A stretch of DNA of 57,984 nt from Clostridia bacterium (GCA_017467895.1 JAFUKB010000012.1:1-57984), one strand, 5' to 3'. Shown: positions 24,301-27,838, numbered from the stretch's first letter. Numbers and translations are program-made. The notes: generated by a model from the letters alone, not told the origin.

Positions 24301-26323
24301 CTTCAACCATGTGTGTATTTTCATAAGCGCGGTTGTTTAAAATTATCTGATTTTTGTAGTAATCCCTTAAAGTAAGCCTATATGCATACGCTCCGCTTAT
24401 GTCTTTTACCTGAAAATATTGTTGAGTTACTTCAGATTTTACATATTCTAAACCCGCATTTTTTAAAGTGTATTGTTGAATGTTAAAAACAAACAAATCA
24501 ACATCATTAGCAACAACATTGTTACCTTCTGTTTCACCCGTAAGCACAACTTTGCCATTTGCTCCTGCAGTAACAAAAGTTCCGTCAGTTTTAGAGCCCG
24601 AAGCGGTAATTGTTCCACCGCCACCTTTAACTGCTAAGTGCCTAACCTGATACGTTGCTCCACCACCAATAGAAATTTTTACTGGTGAGTTATATCTATA
24701 CATTGGCTCAGTGTCGCCATCGTTGTCGCTGTCGGCAAGAACATAGTTGTCATTTTTGTTGTCTTTGTCTTCGTCTTCAAACACTGCTTCATAAACAATA
24801 TATGGTTTGCCACTGCCCGAAGTAAAATAGCCGCTGTAACCCGACGCTTTAGAGTCGGTAAACACAATTCTGTCTTTCCATTCTTCGCTAACATCTTCAA
24901 ATGCTTTGGTTTCAAGCGTGCTATCTATTTTTGTTGCGTCATAAACAGTGTTATCCAAATTAACCGACGCATTAGTAATTGATGTTGTTCTAAAATATGC
25001 ATTATCGGTTATTTTAATTGACTCATCAAGCAAACTTGTTTTAAGAGCATTTATGCTGATAGTTGGAACATAATATTTGTAGTTTACATCTATGATGATT
25101 CTAACCCTATGTTGCCTTGTTGCGTCAACATAAACCTGAAGTTTGCTATTTTCATGATTATCTGTTTTTGTGTCAAAAACATAGCCATTGCCATCATCAA
25201 CTGTGTCGGTTGTTGGATATTTTCTAAACTTGGTGGTGTCATTTCCCGTTTGAGTGATTTGAAGTTTGGAGTACATGCACAACTGGTCTTCTTTGTCAAT
25301 ATCAACCTTTACCTGCTCCACCCATTCATCTTTAAAACCAGTAAGTGAGGCGTTTTCATAACCATAGTTCCATTGCTCAACTTTAAATCCCGTAACCGTG
25401 CCATAGTTTTTTAAGTCGGTGTCCAAAAGAGAGGTTAAAGCAATTAGCCCAGCCTCGCCAGAAATTGCCCTTTGGTCTTTATTGTATGTTTTTATAATTG
25501 GAGTAACACTGTCTATTGAATCGCTAGAAGAACTGCCCGTGCCCCTGAATTTTTTCGTTCTTTCGTCATACAAATAAATTTCATAACGGAATTCATTCGT
25601 GCCCTTAGATGACGATGCTGTCGAACCCGTGCAGTTTGACGCCGAACCAACTTTCCCATAACTGCCGGCACAACCCCACAGTTTGGCAGTTCCGCCGGAA
25701 ACCAAATCATAAACAGTTTTGCCAGACAACCCCACAACTGTAGGTTTTTCAACAATAAGGTCACAAATGGTTCCAGTGCAGTAGCCAAACAAGCCATAAT
25801 AACCAACAGTTATTGTGTTATCAAACATTATGTTGCTAACCTTATGACCATTGCCAAAAAACTTACCCTTGAATGGGTTTGTTGTCTTAGTTCCAATGGG
25901 CGTCCAAATTCTGCCAGACAAGTCTATGTCAGCCATTAAATAAACATCAGCAGAAGCATATGGTGCCGTTCCTGCATTTACATGTTTGGCGAACTCAGCG
26001 AGGTCTTTTGCAGAGTTTATTAATATACCTTGAGAATTATTGTTATTACCCGTGCCCTTGCTTGACGACAGCAAAAACGAAGCCCCTGAGGACTCGAGTT
26101 CTTGCTCTATGTAATCTTCCCAATGCTCCAGCGTGCCACTTTCAAAATCAGCAGAAGAATCCCCCGCGTCGGAGTTGGAGTTTTCGACCTGCTCGGCATA
26201 AATGGTTTGAGCGTTATATGCTAAATTTTTAACCGCACCACCACCAAAAACACAAAGCAAAGTTGCAAAAACTAAGCAAAGTGGTGCAAAAAATTTAATA
26301 AATTTGCTTACAAAAGGCTTCAT
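362..26323 (-). CDS. giant membrane-anchored surface protein (8,653 aa): signal peptide, cap module, beta-rich N-terminal region, dozens of YDG/MBG-like repeats, Listeria-Bacteroides (Flg_new) repeat block, second cap module, TM helix, K/P-rich tail
   Basis: Single uninterrupted frame. The start is moved from the track's 26365 to the ATG at 26323, which follows GGGGGA and opens a classic signal peptide (MKPFVSKFIKFFAPLCLVFATLLCVFGGGAV). The upstream 'MWYN...' codons overlap the -10 box. Recurrent K.YDGT / K.YDAT motifs and GY.F.GW...LYA.W motifs are visible in the translation. Stop is TAG at 362-364. Confidence 0.9.
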   Translation of the reverse strand: MKPFVSKFIKFFAPLCLVFATLLCVFGGGAVKNLAYNAQTIYAEQVENSNSDAGDSSADFESGTLEHWEDYIEQELESSGASFLLSSSKGTGNNNNSQGILINSAKDLAEFAKHVNAGTAPYASADVYLMADIDLSGRIWTPIGTKTTNPFKGKFFGNGHKVSNIMFDNTITVGYYGLFGYCTGTICDLIVEKPTVVGLSGKTVYDLVSGGTAKLWGCAGSYGKVGSASNCTGSTASSSKGTNEFRYEIYLYDERTKKFRGTGSSSSDSIDSVTPIIKTYNKDQRAISGEAGLIALTSLLDTDLKNYGTVTGFKVEQWNYGYENASLTGFKDEWVEQVKVDIDKEDQLCMYSKLQITQTGNDTTKFRKYPTTDTVDDGNGYVFDTKTDNHENSKLQVYVDATRQHRVRIIIDVNYKYYVPTISINALKTSLLDESIKITDNAYFRTTSITNASVNLDNTVYDATKIDSTLETKAFEDVSEEWKDRIVFTDSKASGYSGYFTSGSGKPYIVYEAVFEDEDKDNKNDNYVLADSDNDGDTEPMYRYNSPVKISIGGGATYQVRHLAVKGGGGTITASGSKTDGTFVTAGANGKVVLTGETEGNNVVANDVDLFVFNIQQYTLKNAGLEYVKSEVTQQYFQVKDISGAYAYRLTLRDYYKNQIILNNRAYENTHMVEVYFAQNTSTIPYTGSASNKINVLKAKHANGSAVNYTAFATNLLATLQSTSVATPTTLYCWWGVKAVTYQIKNSTQKANLKFVIESKYRDIDTAVGFSGNQIAEMYYTEVLRVYDANSLATNSEPTSYYLKALGDGDGEITVTQSNNANVTAPANLIFYARDMFYDGDSKNARYYVDGDHLCYAPVPVYAGGSLTSYNYYSVLQVCALANHVEYEITEHKKIISTVNLKIYDGDTLLDSTSKVKEKLQMATLYEYLYNLLGAYETEYIFNNSYNRAFNSEVGAFVVEDTQIPVGSLNSLKWTKSSGATKIFEISLICECDNDSQVNTVTQTTAQNYNSQAQFEVMYIGGTNATLTLIIKFVAQENEYIFDFFDLDNEQNTFISPQVIDIKESTEEEFDSYSKNQHYKIAYSAQIEAKFLNFAKVVAYTYDLNDNGTVNTAKRKCVSELALASITNGTAVALSGFGGGLSAVFNIQNIANKTSLTSEDVTKITVTPVTYNYYPAGVYFEIYVTEQEYTTTATVTNGYVTDAEHTFADKTTVAEIKFTYLDKFYIRNKTQTQVELVVVNSLTDATQTVIFDALHSNYRLTENSYIGIISIMASPTEITSAAIIDGHKQASIEFTEIIYNVNIVGFVQTETVDSAYIAANKANAEDYVLERKYLSTGSGSLLASAVKLEANSDLYRFFKFSHFEIKNISNGTFVSLDTITNASVEYVIYQFNLIANGVESTLSISADYPYTNGDTVIIHAVYDALDFNITFKSAENVTQKSKYLDGSEVVYTEAGGFTSVTVTTNYLDKNNLVNLILCTADTTVLDAPGFYAPGINERGCFSTEAPSADRTVNGTAYVKIKDFIYAMAQGGSAEPEEFTLYVNYEGKPVTFVFVYGSGSTATKWEYSDASIIFGQEVDLYSYIEDLIDEFDDKGYQLLTAKRKISSSLTKTYYDSTVGLSRTYAKFTSDEYDYDSGKLEYTITLTACYPIISVEFKTISTWLTGTNKNTTTTVKFGTTDYVKVPDLHRIGYTFDYWKATYKGKAYYIYVTGNGTTVNHGKTTTVNITTTSFEEVPKLEMYPYWKVIDALISPTAEQNITREYNAETQTFELAKFNHIDSMTNDIKVQMLGSNGTSYVDFDASRYTIVREGNVWIVSGMFKYVPDSASLKVTYTYKLTDLTDTGLASKNYINNYSDGDTELAKSNITITPKQLTIANIEKVYDGTKVVNQTVAGIFEIDASTFNFGVIASYVSSDASNEIAIVYTRVGEYPSAMGASYLDPEVATGVINPFEIIAYIKDGSYSVHIYDESEPPVEIAKIQVNKNGGLALTKDKMGAYVTSPYVNNIYFGSAGSNNAKAWELLKDHLFLSFAISTNSGVIASYSATNRDYVIVTSNLTATYDGASIAKASTNFKLNIVGVFEIRELGENQKEFIFTAQKDDDLTNWLTIDLNNAESDDYYQSRFVNNKLSVIRNNCVGGKEVTFSLEINKTGTYDLKNYWIKEIKVSSTDGDFIAYATYSANATTYEITFTMTGENHYAVEIMFTKTCEVTLDYSLAVGETIDGVARRVESIIYGHSVKDTFGTLNRTGFTFVGWGTQINNKTSIVADIWGIKEPKIVLYAQWSYSAGASNSGSNISRTYNGVTTEVTPNFTAVPEAVAVTVAWLKAGNVSWAVVDEALLNENKLLIRNVVDNGKYGFALTVSAYVEYVLLDGSKAYTSILYHASNSNAPYQVFDVAITPKTLVLKNAINKAYDAYDTYTYTLTASDYTASQVHDDLTGREVIITYSSSQVGANIISVEAGDEIMKNYSVVASNTAGTIQKRQVGLTIGNVPKEYTGEKITAQVTTVVDNSGAGKTYRPNYTSANGTEIKTFAFAETAFKFTVLYIITNSSEIKKYTSANLDIIVAVMDTDGNYVDTNKNFDFEITGYIEITKRHLKDSEVKVSLEKVYNGQRQTILTSDITLPNAETTEYWLSFGLASGDEGYPLHKATLTVLRADGSAFAGAKDCGNYALKIVIESDLYFTYERLVTFKIKSLYVKIEQQGTFSREYNGTTQALLVVDEHYIIKSYTGSDGKAVEIADQTVIKTEIANNFAFKFSDKNVNTNIPISFSKLDNAYNNITIMYTGGSFVGNITQATVVINIGTATRFYDRAGYVVNYDQLTLENTSGDVIGVGTLKNAFGDSLNGGNVLIAYKQNLNVGTHDVSTFELTNFNISTITFDSGDILTRNYKVVGYKGTLKLLSANIRVALLSENGYVGEGIGYTYTGQNVALRYVVSVITNDGEKTYETSAQALTYVSFGFAKADGTGISEAKNVGNYFAKFTLVDSTNYTLEQGDDSLPFKIVKKALTINVYAERAWKKDTVLTYNLKTEDLEGLCIGHYLGNSATISTNGTDIGKYYINDTNTTNHSEIVIYASGNTSENLRNNYEITYSGYLEIIPVQVVNIYVTEEFIYNGEVQNLAITLDLNSGDTVVYEYSQSADDAAALWITANAGTNQEYVNNILTGASEIIRLYSVTFDSDGDENYSRDEGGLAFKYAGTYRAYIYSKNFDMASLLVTIEQKEIDVKNIYNFKANKQYDATTNVLVDNKFGDINRAKNNANGYGGIYGDDVYGTAGANTDYEYIYLTGTYSGLFGESLSITFAINKKVYNVETPQAVIAERTFNSYKLKNSNITGNISEREVVFKYVGADDKYYIGDGITLSLTNNFKVVDKGSEVFGIAEAFDGQITFKSIVNAGSYNLSEQLLLNIDFGLLEVSSNLMYYSIEFSGTLKVNKAVVIVGLIQNNIYTYDATAHMAEFTAVIFDGKGAVTAGDEKAIIIAKYQKDAGKAYDAVEAGEYTIYPEISATFAHNYAYATEGDSLATKLIINKRNLSIIVDKSIYYGKLLGRTCYEYVLSNSDAVVATAETGLVEGHSIANISIAKTTDSAIGVYKYSQGKVVVDTFAIVAGAYNVTDNYNVSYDITLTISETLGKDEFYIEAQSLEYNGYNRTEDVVFNVILGETATDVVAILGANFFADVDLVYALSEIKNAGTYYARVYITINSSPKQAYPFVVAVEITKKVVSGYTVNGVQFNGDKVYDATSEIELDSNVLCTPDITNDASGVKPITALVATYYASGLPVSAVSNDSYDVVISIKTSAGYEYLANNYDFVALKGKITPRQVVYTLKTTEQTQFVYDGKHTIMLGVSNLQLASGYTLADGHDLTSYYFEFVIENVGEYLLKNVTPKTPATIKDSSNFDVTSNYEITVDPNAKYVVNAREIVVSWNAGDLVYNSFDRKADIENALTYTATATNYANAESILNGNNIKAEFIAQIKDSLTLYNDSEVKNVGTYALVATASAGSNFEFKVASTHYSVRIIPATLNIDFTGAEILYEEYLINSGFILAYTWENTNGDVLNIVSGVSAETFANDPAFFSGFKFAVTKNNPPYANEVYVYSQTASESEISVTYNKANANYVVNSIVGSLVLVAEDYDFDVEKLTYTGVDLFGSLVITYVNIGATTPTQVPLSDIIAQEIINVGVYELAVKVGNAYYPAFAEVEKRKILISDLDIVTIRQYDATVNVYNSLGGTTLAEFVDGVCVTATFADAFLIDENNRITFAINDPSYLGTGFNKVDNYILLSDIVGTIEKRKVEINLGAISFMYDKGGEYDYVHTDTSADWLADGDTLYNNVVNITFEVAEVCSNALISGLNWSLSYAVHHDALAVTNCYEIVVDGTLTVNPIEIGIVYNKFENDQTMFNNLGQEITFAPVKAGNTTEETFNRHLTEITNSLVITYSGRLTPQKLVGTYTALVTCNSANFKIVGQASYDYEIIPYEYTLNLDHVTSNNFEVDEDTGVVDKTKLFFSKLALEPDPEFKVSLSIELNGEIDFVITLAREVNLPQSEYVNYYDLYYEGVCDNANINVTIPEQYLKRAFRIIALSNEGINVRIDNSSVIYNGLEHTLSADDFRVYNVIDINTNEYEEVEFNLKLTYTQTGEDFVGETNAGTYKLTYLVTTHFWEPVTEEFDFVISPLGVTIYADDALISKVYDGTKAITFDYSLLETESNQTLATILDDEIRAIVPEFEFAGQDVGEWIISITNASNFANFVLELEDDLYGQITARDTYLQVNGNKYYDGLDITTPATITNAVLGEALSGEITIYAKTAGLYKDNAGDGEFDFADYAYDANLGVNNVLYNYNILGIIGQYQINKAIINVASFVDSYQYTGKEVELVYSLTITDKAGTPVLTAEPLSFVRVDNAYAVNANADGEFYTARFTLKDAVNYTFESDVSAVEKRFVITRVDLVINIGEQTKEYDVSEFVYTLAGDEIASGALCDGQTLTGTITSVSKNVGSYNVASNNLNGGTDVIIVYSIAKGTTETSANYNVAFEGALVITVAEAEIIFGEYVYNSTIQKLNAIVKVGGVEDKEFVLEITAFNGESGSDISFMYAGVYSVKVSSVYNNFVAVTHSVEMAKKEVTQINYTANKPYDGTLTVVGEITSADVFANDISNEALKKVKFVGTYAKVFGQSQITFELVPLGGADETLAQLVIDSYNITYVGYGEITQRLVTFAYNQEKNPDGLYYTGANHELLVGWFDISGGLVGENFAGSVAWTNAIINAGSYNLAEISKDNSIFENNLIVSGSQVDYYSFAFTGTVVINRAVVKVANVENYEVTYDGAGHTVTLTAEIVDGKGVIVDGEEKNILTAKYVDSNANTLLEAVDAGKYSILVMSANGNYEYNNSAFENNILTILKRDYKIIIDKSFPYDREYSFIGYFNYMLSTADVPEETDPTTHSLVGEFRTLGYQLGTYSYLTGAEDNSILIYNLSIAGEKVYDRGVIIADSKALNNYNITVDATILIREHLEAGEVIVIQYGTLTYNGENQLSAVQVEIRTGIGNNEYTSQVVDLSDSDIFIGMYAYADISLDQIDEVKNQGRYYGYIHLADRAEYRFVTIFVEKRVILDYYVQGTTDLFDGNKVYDGLKTYIIDSQYVCACDIGVITLTANYTSANVGATLKEITISGDVYGNYELTQLSGTITLREIVVDLKQPIIYTYAGAQNKQITATDFVVVGEYGLIDGHMLAGFITVAVSNVGEYSIFGLEGLYVLNGGERVDSNNCVVTIAETAVVTVEKLLVELSWTGASTDYNSADQRGNIALLAIPVAPPEQKEEILTALQVGVGEILAFALNGESVEEVINAGTYVISINNASLEANNFTFSVNASANFVTIKKVALTIAFEGSQIEFNTYHANGGYVITETSAYGIFESDKQYLQQLKVTVIGDANIDTKYTYNADSALSQLAITSSANLETNYNITITGDLTLTADHSLFEITNPIYEGATVDLFNKIAISYNGESLTLAKFDARAITFVNPSENYYVKAFLTDGVFAKVAVAVLPKTITTIVYDANKTYDGTTVVYSGAQTNLTSDEFADGDDVYALGNYASIYVGVTGINFALAGTHADNYVLNVAYTTGEILAKNVTVELTNNARFVYFATETYVYVYDGTLDLAEGDVVIASSKQLVFATAGVGLNIDIADITSNTFEIQNANRIDVTHCYTFAYVGKIDIFARQFAVSLKPSDNLVYNTEEKPVSLSIVEVDDLTDAEIEQLRDLVEIVYIDSTNTQTSFAPTEAGSYLAKAMFEEGNYVLVATADNATELEFVIEQFEFTITADNAPYFVINEDNLNEALRQDYMVEVKEDTSVYALVTFERTEDPSSADYSRIGLHDLCFKGECDNANIKVICSDEVLKSALFIQASATKVLVITLNNYAKGTFERTFGLKDIGLFNISDFEYTCQVGDRTLIASELAILNLQGTVLFNSGDVNASGYSMNSFDLTSVYVNIKVETTLKLAIAQRTAEVTLAEGETYDKTFDGTVAFNKQYTFAPVLTNAELADGFTLEDIEIFSEIGISYESANAGVQHLVNDAGKNYIIAYKDNANATGEIFKLDAIITLPESVVYGTYASTEETLDITAVATLVGGSGESLDGFKQYLTVSIVGLSADKLSLGGYLNVGEYAISYKSDNLNIVAAPSMLEIVKKDITVALVDASGYNVAISKQQDGTTNVLCPNGETFEVFGVMAGDGVAVASVEYSSALKGDQIPLVVTLSGQDINNYNCLDLFGSILAKFITLNFEYVSTNGPKEADIVGGLIAKAYDYYEIATDIPTAGHKYDGYTFSGWATVDGATIAIDFEKPLNEVITYAEEVTLYAIWEIHIYNVRVDRYVYDLATQTYIADVNFTAVETTAPYGTEFDLQTYITELENYTYLGFGINSVDELSSQTTQIIDNDVSLILVYDLNKYTVTFASEVAFASRNENLFTYLSNYQIAVITAYYGQKLGELDANFENLITLNKVGYAFKGYSDGSNVFASDYFVNYAVAGDATFDAVFEALTFNLTLNANGGTFELGGGWSYVDENQDKVTIKVTYDTLVPALLTPSKDYYTFNGYALNDIAFEFEEGATWTMLEDIELVATYIDNIYYLTVYAEHADLVEANAFLGDEYRGAILATVGENGELVFEVSTSLKVEVVVIAKVGYTLAGFVFDPLASGSAEQNVATFNGFTGDTSLTANITANDNTIIINVNDERYGYAEYEKEALSGASIQFVEKTDQTFVFVAYANEGYRFVDYSAKANNETFVITQKEIEGGIEFTVENLSCDLSITLDFEPIEVEIVFEFVNLALTYGGAVYTSDFATTVLVDTKVEFAFVVDYGYEFNTLSFVPAEPSINAGKLTLSQDGDTYSYVFENFTSSGTLVFDINISLFNITVEYGEYNEITGEIEAGNSPMAQLVINGVELDFGTYAYEYMTQMTLKVDHVTTGFMYMLWQAKTDDGYVTETEKLKGQDIEFAVYSAITLRLVVQRQQYTIKYTAGSLGEVKDFKNELFTSFEEVVYYGRDALGATAVGYEYAEFVGWYYGDQLVSTLAEFKPLSVAYDATYEARFLGKQITVNVIMNTNTKRNNLFIEDEALATLFTFADGITASTPISDTTTGEQVISFVVSNLHDYDAFETQIALPEWFVVKSVGGATLNENTILIESLTQIYENQDELFVDITINLQVKQFTITLKTEQLSAISDMTVILADSLGYVGGEVDIVDNKFVSFIVEYGGSLAIKFNFANGFMFGGATYRYDETTQPENKREFNFEDSGMASMINVMSNVEVMLAFTSARYRVVFDFNYLDKQGTITGTYTYYINHGESTFTTKSGEVATLPVGLIDPQSTASEACLFVGWNTNAFGMGKYTYFIDSTGKIYRIIDDQKVYGFEYDLNNQITDGAIDAYLYGTWAFDKYIVNVEFKPFNITYTQDAKNLFGGNSGMYPHYSDTDPRVCDYVEFVVGTRVKVVAPKFDGYNYYGWQIKDSGTDILHSTSIFTMPKNEVTIVLYYAFRISVSVEEPVVGVNGATVNGSSTYVDSVSGEAVELVAIAGRGYKFAYWKVNGVIDYTLPETATVVATGDTHYTAVFASKTVNVVVEQNPNVKINVENTTLAIGEKLIVTLSDLTPGFLIVALMLDNAPNMFTLSDDGLYYYYEVTVEDVEAGTINVGAVLATKSIYISFVTSLEDAGTITVNEQDLTNAMGAYNFFMNLRVKPTANVRYQLVGVKVNGTLVKDQTSYDLDNFVLTVSTNTFFIEDGDNTVEFMFQKIYWFNSPAEFAGEGTEENPYLIESAEHLAYMANLVNNGIINQYERKIYYKLMKDLDLTEKFWIPIGTLENPFNGVFILNDHQIKGVMLDPDVTYEVLSWQEKLFGVFGYVTADAELIFSISKLPIILLIAGSIIFIIAVGVVIWLVVFKRQNKIKRLSNRIALKEAVKTDPDALTNLPETQVQDEQLPFDSATNLKEQTLNEQPKQQSSTQSDEKAQETLKAKPDELTNVKPLTKQELSEATTNQANNSALVTPVEKAPPKPKKRQTATKAKPKSATPKNPAKQTLKQEVEEIKPAQKPKPQPKKQPKVEVKQAEQAEVKQPIKKPKAKPEAEKKQAPTQTEAKKVAPKPKAQSSAKPLPKPKTKPEAKVEQPPKPQTPKQKPIIEAPLSVEQKPKVPKKPSGN
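365..1132 (-). other. C-terminal 256-aa low-complexity Lys/Pro/Ala/Glu/Gln-rich tail of the giant protein (predicted cytoplasmic)
   Basis: Translation KRQNKIKRLS...KPKPQPKKQPKVEVKQAEQAEVKQPIKKPKAKPEAEKK...KPKVPKKPSGN immediately follows the TM helix. The + strand here is a G/T-rich quasi-periodic tract. Confidence 0.8.
1133..1210 (-). other. single C-terminal transmembrane helix of the giant protein
   Basis: 26 hydrophobic residues LPIILLIAGSIIFIIAVGVVIWLVVF followed by KRQNKIKR (positive-inside). There is no LPXTG before it. Confidence 0.8.
1320..1530 (-). other. membrane-proximal 'cap' module of the giant protein (copy 2)
   Basis: NPYLIESAEHLAYMANLVNNGIINQYERKIYYKLMKDLDLTEKFWIPIGTLENPFNGVFILNDHQIKGV. 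It shares the pattern of the N-terminal copy at 25830-26040. Confidence 0.6.
2100..6100 (-). repeat. block of Listeria-Bacteroides-type (Flg_new-like) repeats inside the giant ORF (approximate bounds)
   Basis: Repeated G(Y/F).F.GW......(L)YA.W-type motifs, e.g. HKYDGYTFSGWATVDG...VTLYAIW, KVGYAFKGYSDG, YYTFNGYALND, YAEFVGWYYGD, GYNYYGWQIKD, GYKFAYWKVNG. Confidence 0.6.
6100..20730 (-). repeat. array of ~80-100-aa YDG/MBG-like beta repeats inside the giant ORF (approximate bounds)
   Basis: Dozens of occurrences of (K/R).YD(G/A)T..., ...NAG.Y... and ...NY.(I/V)...G.L.I motifs, e.g. ITPKQLTIANIEKVYDGTKVV at about 20641-20730. Repeats are diverged at the DNA level. Confidence 0.6.
25830..26040 (-). 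other. N-terminal 'cap' module of the giant protein (copy 1)
   Basis: GILINSAKDLAEFAKHVNAGTAPYASADVYLMADIDLSGRIWTPIGTKTTNPFKGKFFGNGHKVSNI. Confidence 0.6.
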
Positions 26324-26337
26324 AAATCCCCCAAGGC

Positions 26338-26358
26338 ATAATATCTTGCAGATATTAT
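26338..26358. promoter_or_regulatory. perfect 9-3-9 palindrome (candidate operator) overlapping the -10 box and start-site region of the giant gene
   Basis: ataatatct tgc agatattat. The left arm (26338-26346) is the exact reverse complement of the right arm (26350-26358). Confidence 0.6.
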
Positions 26359-26362
26359 ACCA
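26354..26362 (-). promoter_or_regulatory. extended -10 promoter element TGGTATAAT of the giant gene
   Basis: The minus strand reads ATGTGGTATAATATCTGCAAGATATTATGCCTTGGGGGATTTATG. A TTGTTT-like -35 lies about 17-18 nt upstream. Confidence 0.65.
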
Positions 26363-26692
26363 CATTTTTGTAGATAAAACAACTTTATTCGCGCGCGTGC
26401 GCGTGAAAATTCAATGCCTTTTACATTGAAAATCTGACCGTTTTATTTGTTTAGCAAGACATAGGAATTTATGTAACGATTTAACTTTAAACCACACAAA
26501 AACATAATTTCCTCTTTTTTTGTTTTAATTTGTGTAAACTCTTTAAAATTTATTTAAAAAAGATTTTTAATTTAAAAAAAAATGTTGTATACTAACAGTG
26601 AATCTTGTAATTTTTTTAATCATATTTAAAAAAAATTATCAATTTACAAAAACAGTAAAAATTGTTCAAAATACCAAAAAATCGAGGTTTTT

Positions 26693-27838
26693 ATGAAAAA
26701 ATTTAACATTTTTTTATTACTTTTGCTTGTTTTTTCGTGTTTTTTAGTTTTAGGCAACACCTCCACAAAAGCCGAGGAAGCATACACAATCAAAATTTCC
26801 ACCCCCGCAGTTTGCAATGCCGACAAAACAAATTTAGACAAATATTTGTTTTGCGCCGACTACACTGCCAACGAACAAATTTCATTTACAGCAACATTAA
26901 CAAACAGCGCTGGCGACGCAAACCTTTCTGGGCTTACTTATAAATGGGAAAAGATTATAGACTCCAACAATTCAGTCACCTTAACCAACATAAGCACATT
27001 AACACTTGACAAAAACTACTCAGAATCAGGCAATAATTTAATTTATGTTGGCAAAGACCAACACTATAAAGTTACAATATCAGGCGATGGCATTTCCGCC
27101 GAAGCAATCCTAACAGTTATAATTGAAGAAACAACTCCTCAACTTATTGTTACAAGTTTAAGTTCGGCACTAGGCATGAACCCATCAGGTGCATATGTAA
27201 TAAATAAAGACACACAACCATTTGCCATTCGCTCAATTCTTTCAAGAATTAATGTAGACAGCACAACAAACTGGTACTTAAAAACACCAAATTCAAGTTC
27301 TTATGATTTATTTTATTCCGGCAACATTTGTCCAATAACACCAACTTCATTAATATCGGCACAAAACGGATTTGGCGAATACAAAATTTATGCAGGTGCA
27401 CAATCTTCTTCAATTTTGTATACATCACCAATAATAATTTTTAAAGCAACAGCAAACGAACTCAATCTTGAAGACAACTATCACATCATAAGCCGTGTAA
27501 TAAACAACACAAAAGCCGAGGTTGAAGCATTTACATTTACTCTTGAAAACGCAAGCGCAAATGGAATCGACACAACAAAAATACTTTGGTACATAAACGG
27601 AATCCGCCACGGCAAAGGCGAAACCTTTACATACGAGCCAACAAACAACGAAACTTTTGTTGTTGAAGCAAAATACAAAGGCGCGTCACTAACATTGCTC
27701 AGCACTCTTTCAACCACACCAAAATCAACCGGTACATTAAAAATGGTTTTAATAATTGCTGGCTCGGTTGCCGTGTTATCGCTAATATTTGGGCTTACTG
27801 TTAGAGCCTTTAACAAACGCAGAGATAATGTTTGGTGA
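26693..27838 (+). CDS. type-I membrane-anchored surface protein (381 aa), unknown function
   Basis: N-terminal signal peptide MKKFNIFLLLLLVFSCFLVLGNTSTKA. C-terminal TM helix MVLIIAGSVAVLSLIFGLTV followed by RAFNKRRDNVW. Weak GAGG RBS; divergent from the giant gene. Confidence 0.8.
   Translation: MKKFNIFLLLLLVFSCFLVLGNTSTKAEEAYTIKISTPAVCNADKTNLDKYLFCADYTANEQISFTATLTNSAGDANLSGLTYKWEKIIDSNNSVTLTNISTLTLDKNYSESGNNLIYVGKDQHYKVTISGDGISAEAILTVIIEETTPQLIVTSLSSALGMNPSGAYVINKDTQPFAIRSILSRINVDSTTNWYLKTPNSSSYDLFYSGNICPITPTSLISAQNGFGEYKIYAGAQSSSILYTSPIIIFKATANELNLEDNYHIISRVINNTKAEVEAFTFTLENASANGIDTTKILWYINGIRHGKGETFTYEPTNNETFVVEAKYKGASLTLLSTLSTTPKSTGTLKMVLIIAGSVAVLSLIFGLTVRAFNKRRDNVW

Noticed and set aside
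26324-26365. N-terminal extension 'MWYNICKILCLGGF' of the giant ORF (and 'MWYNLLVKILLGDLF' at 31734-31778).
   Set aside because: These codons are the promoter itself (ATGTGGTAYAAT is an extended -10). The downstream ATGs have an SD and begin sensible N-termini.
26574-26582. A9 homopolymer in the presumed spacer of the promoter of the 381-aa surface protein gene, considered as a phase-variation switch.
   Set aside because: A/T runs of this length are common throughout these AT-rich intergenic regions, and the -35 of this promoter is not defined.
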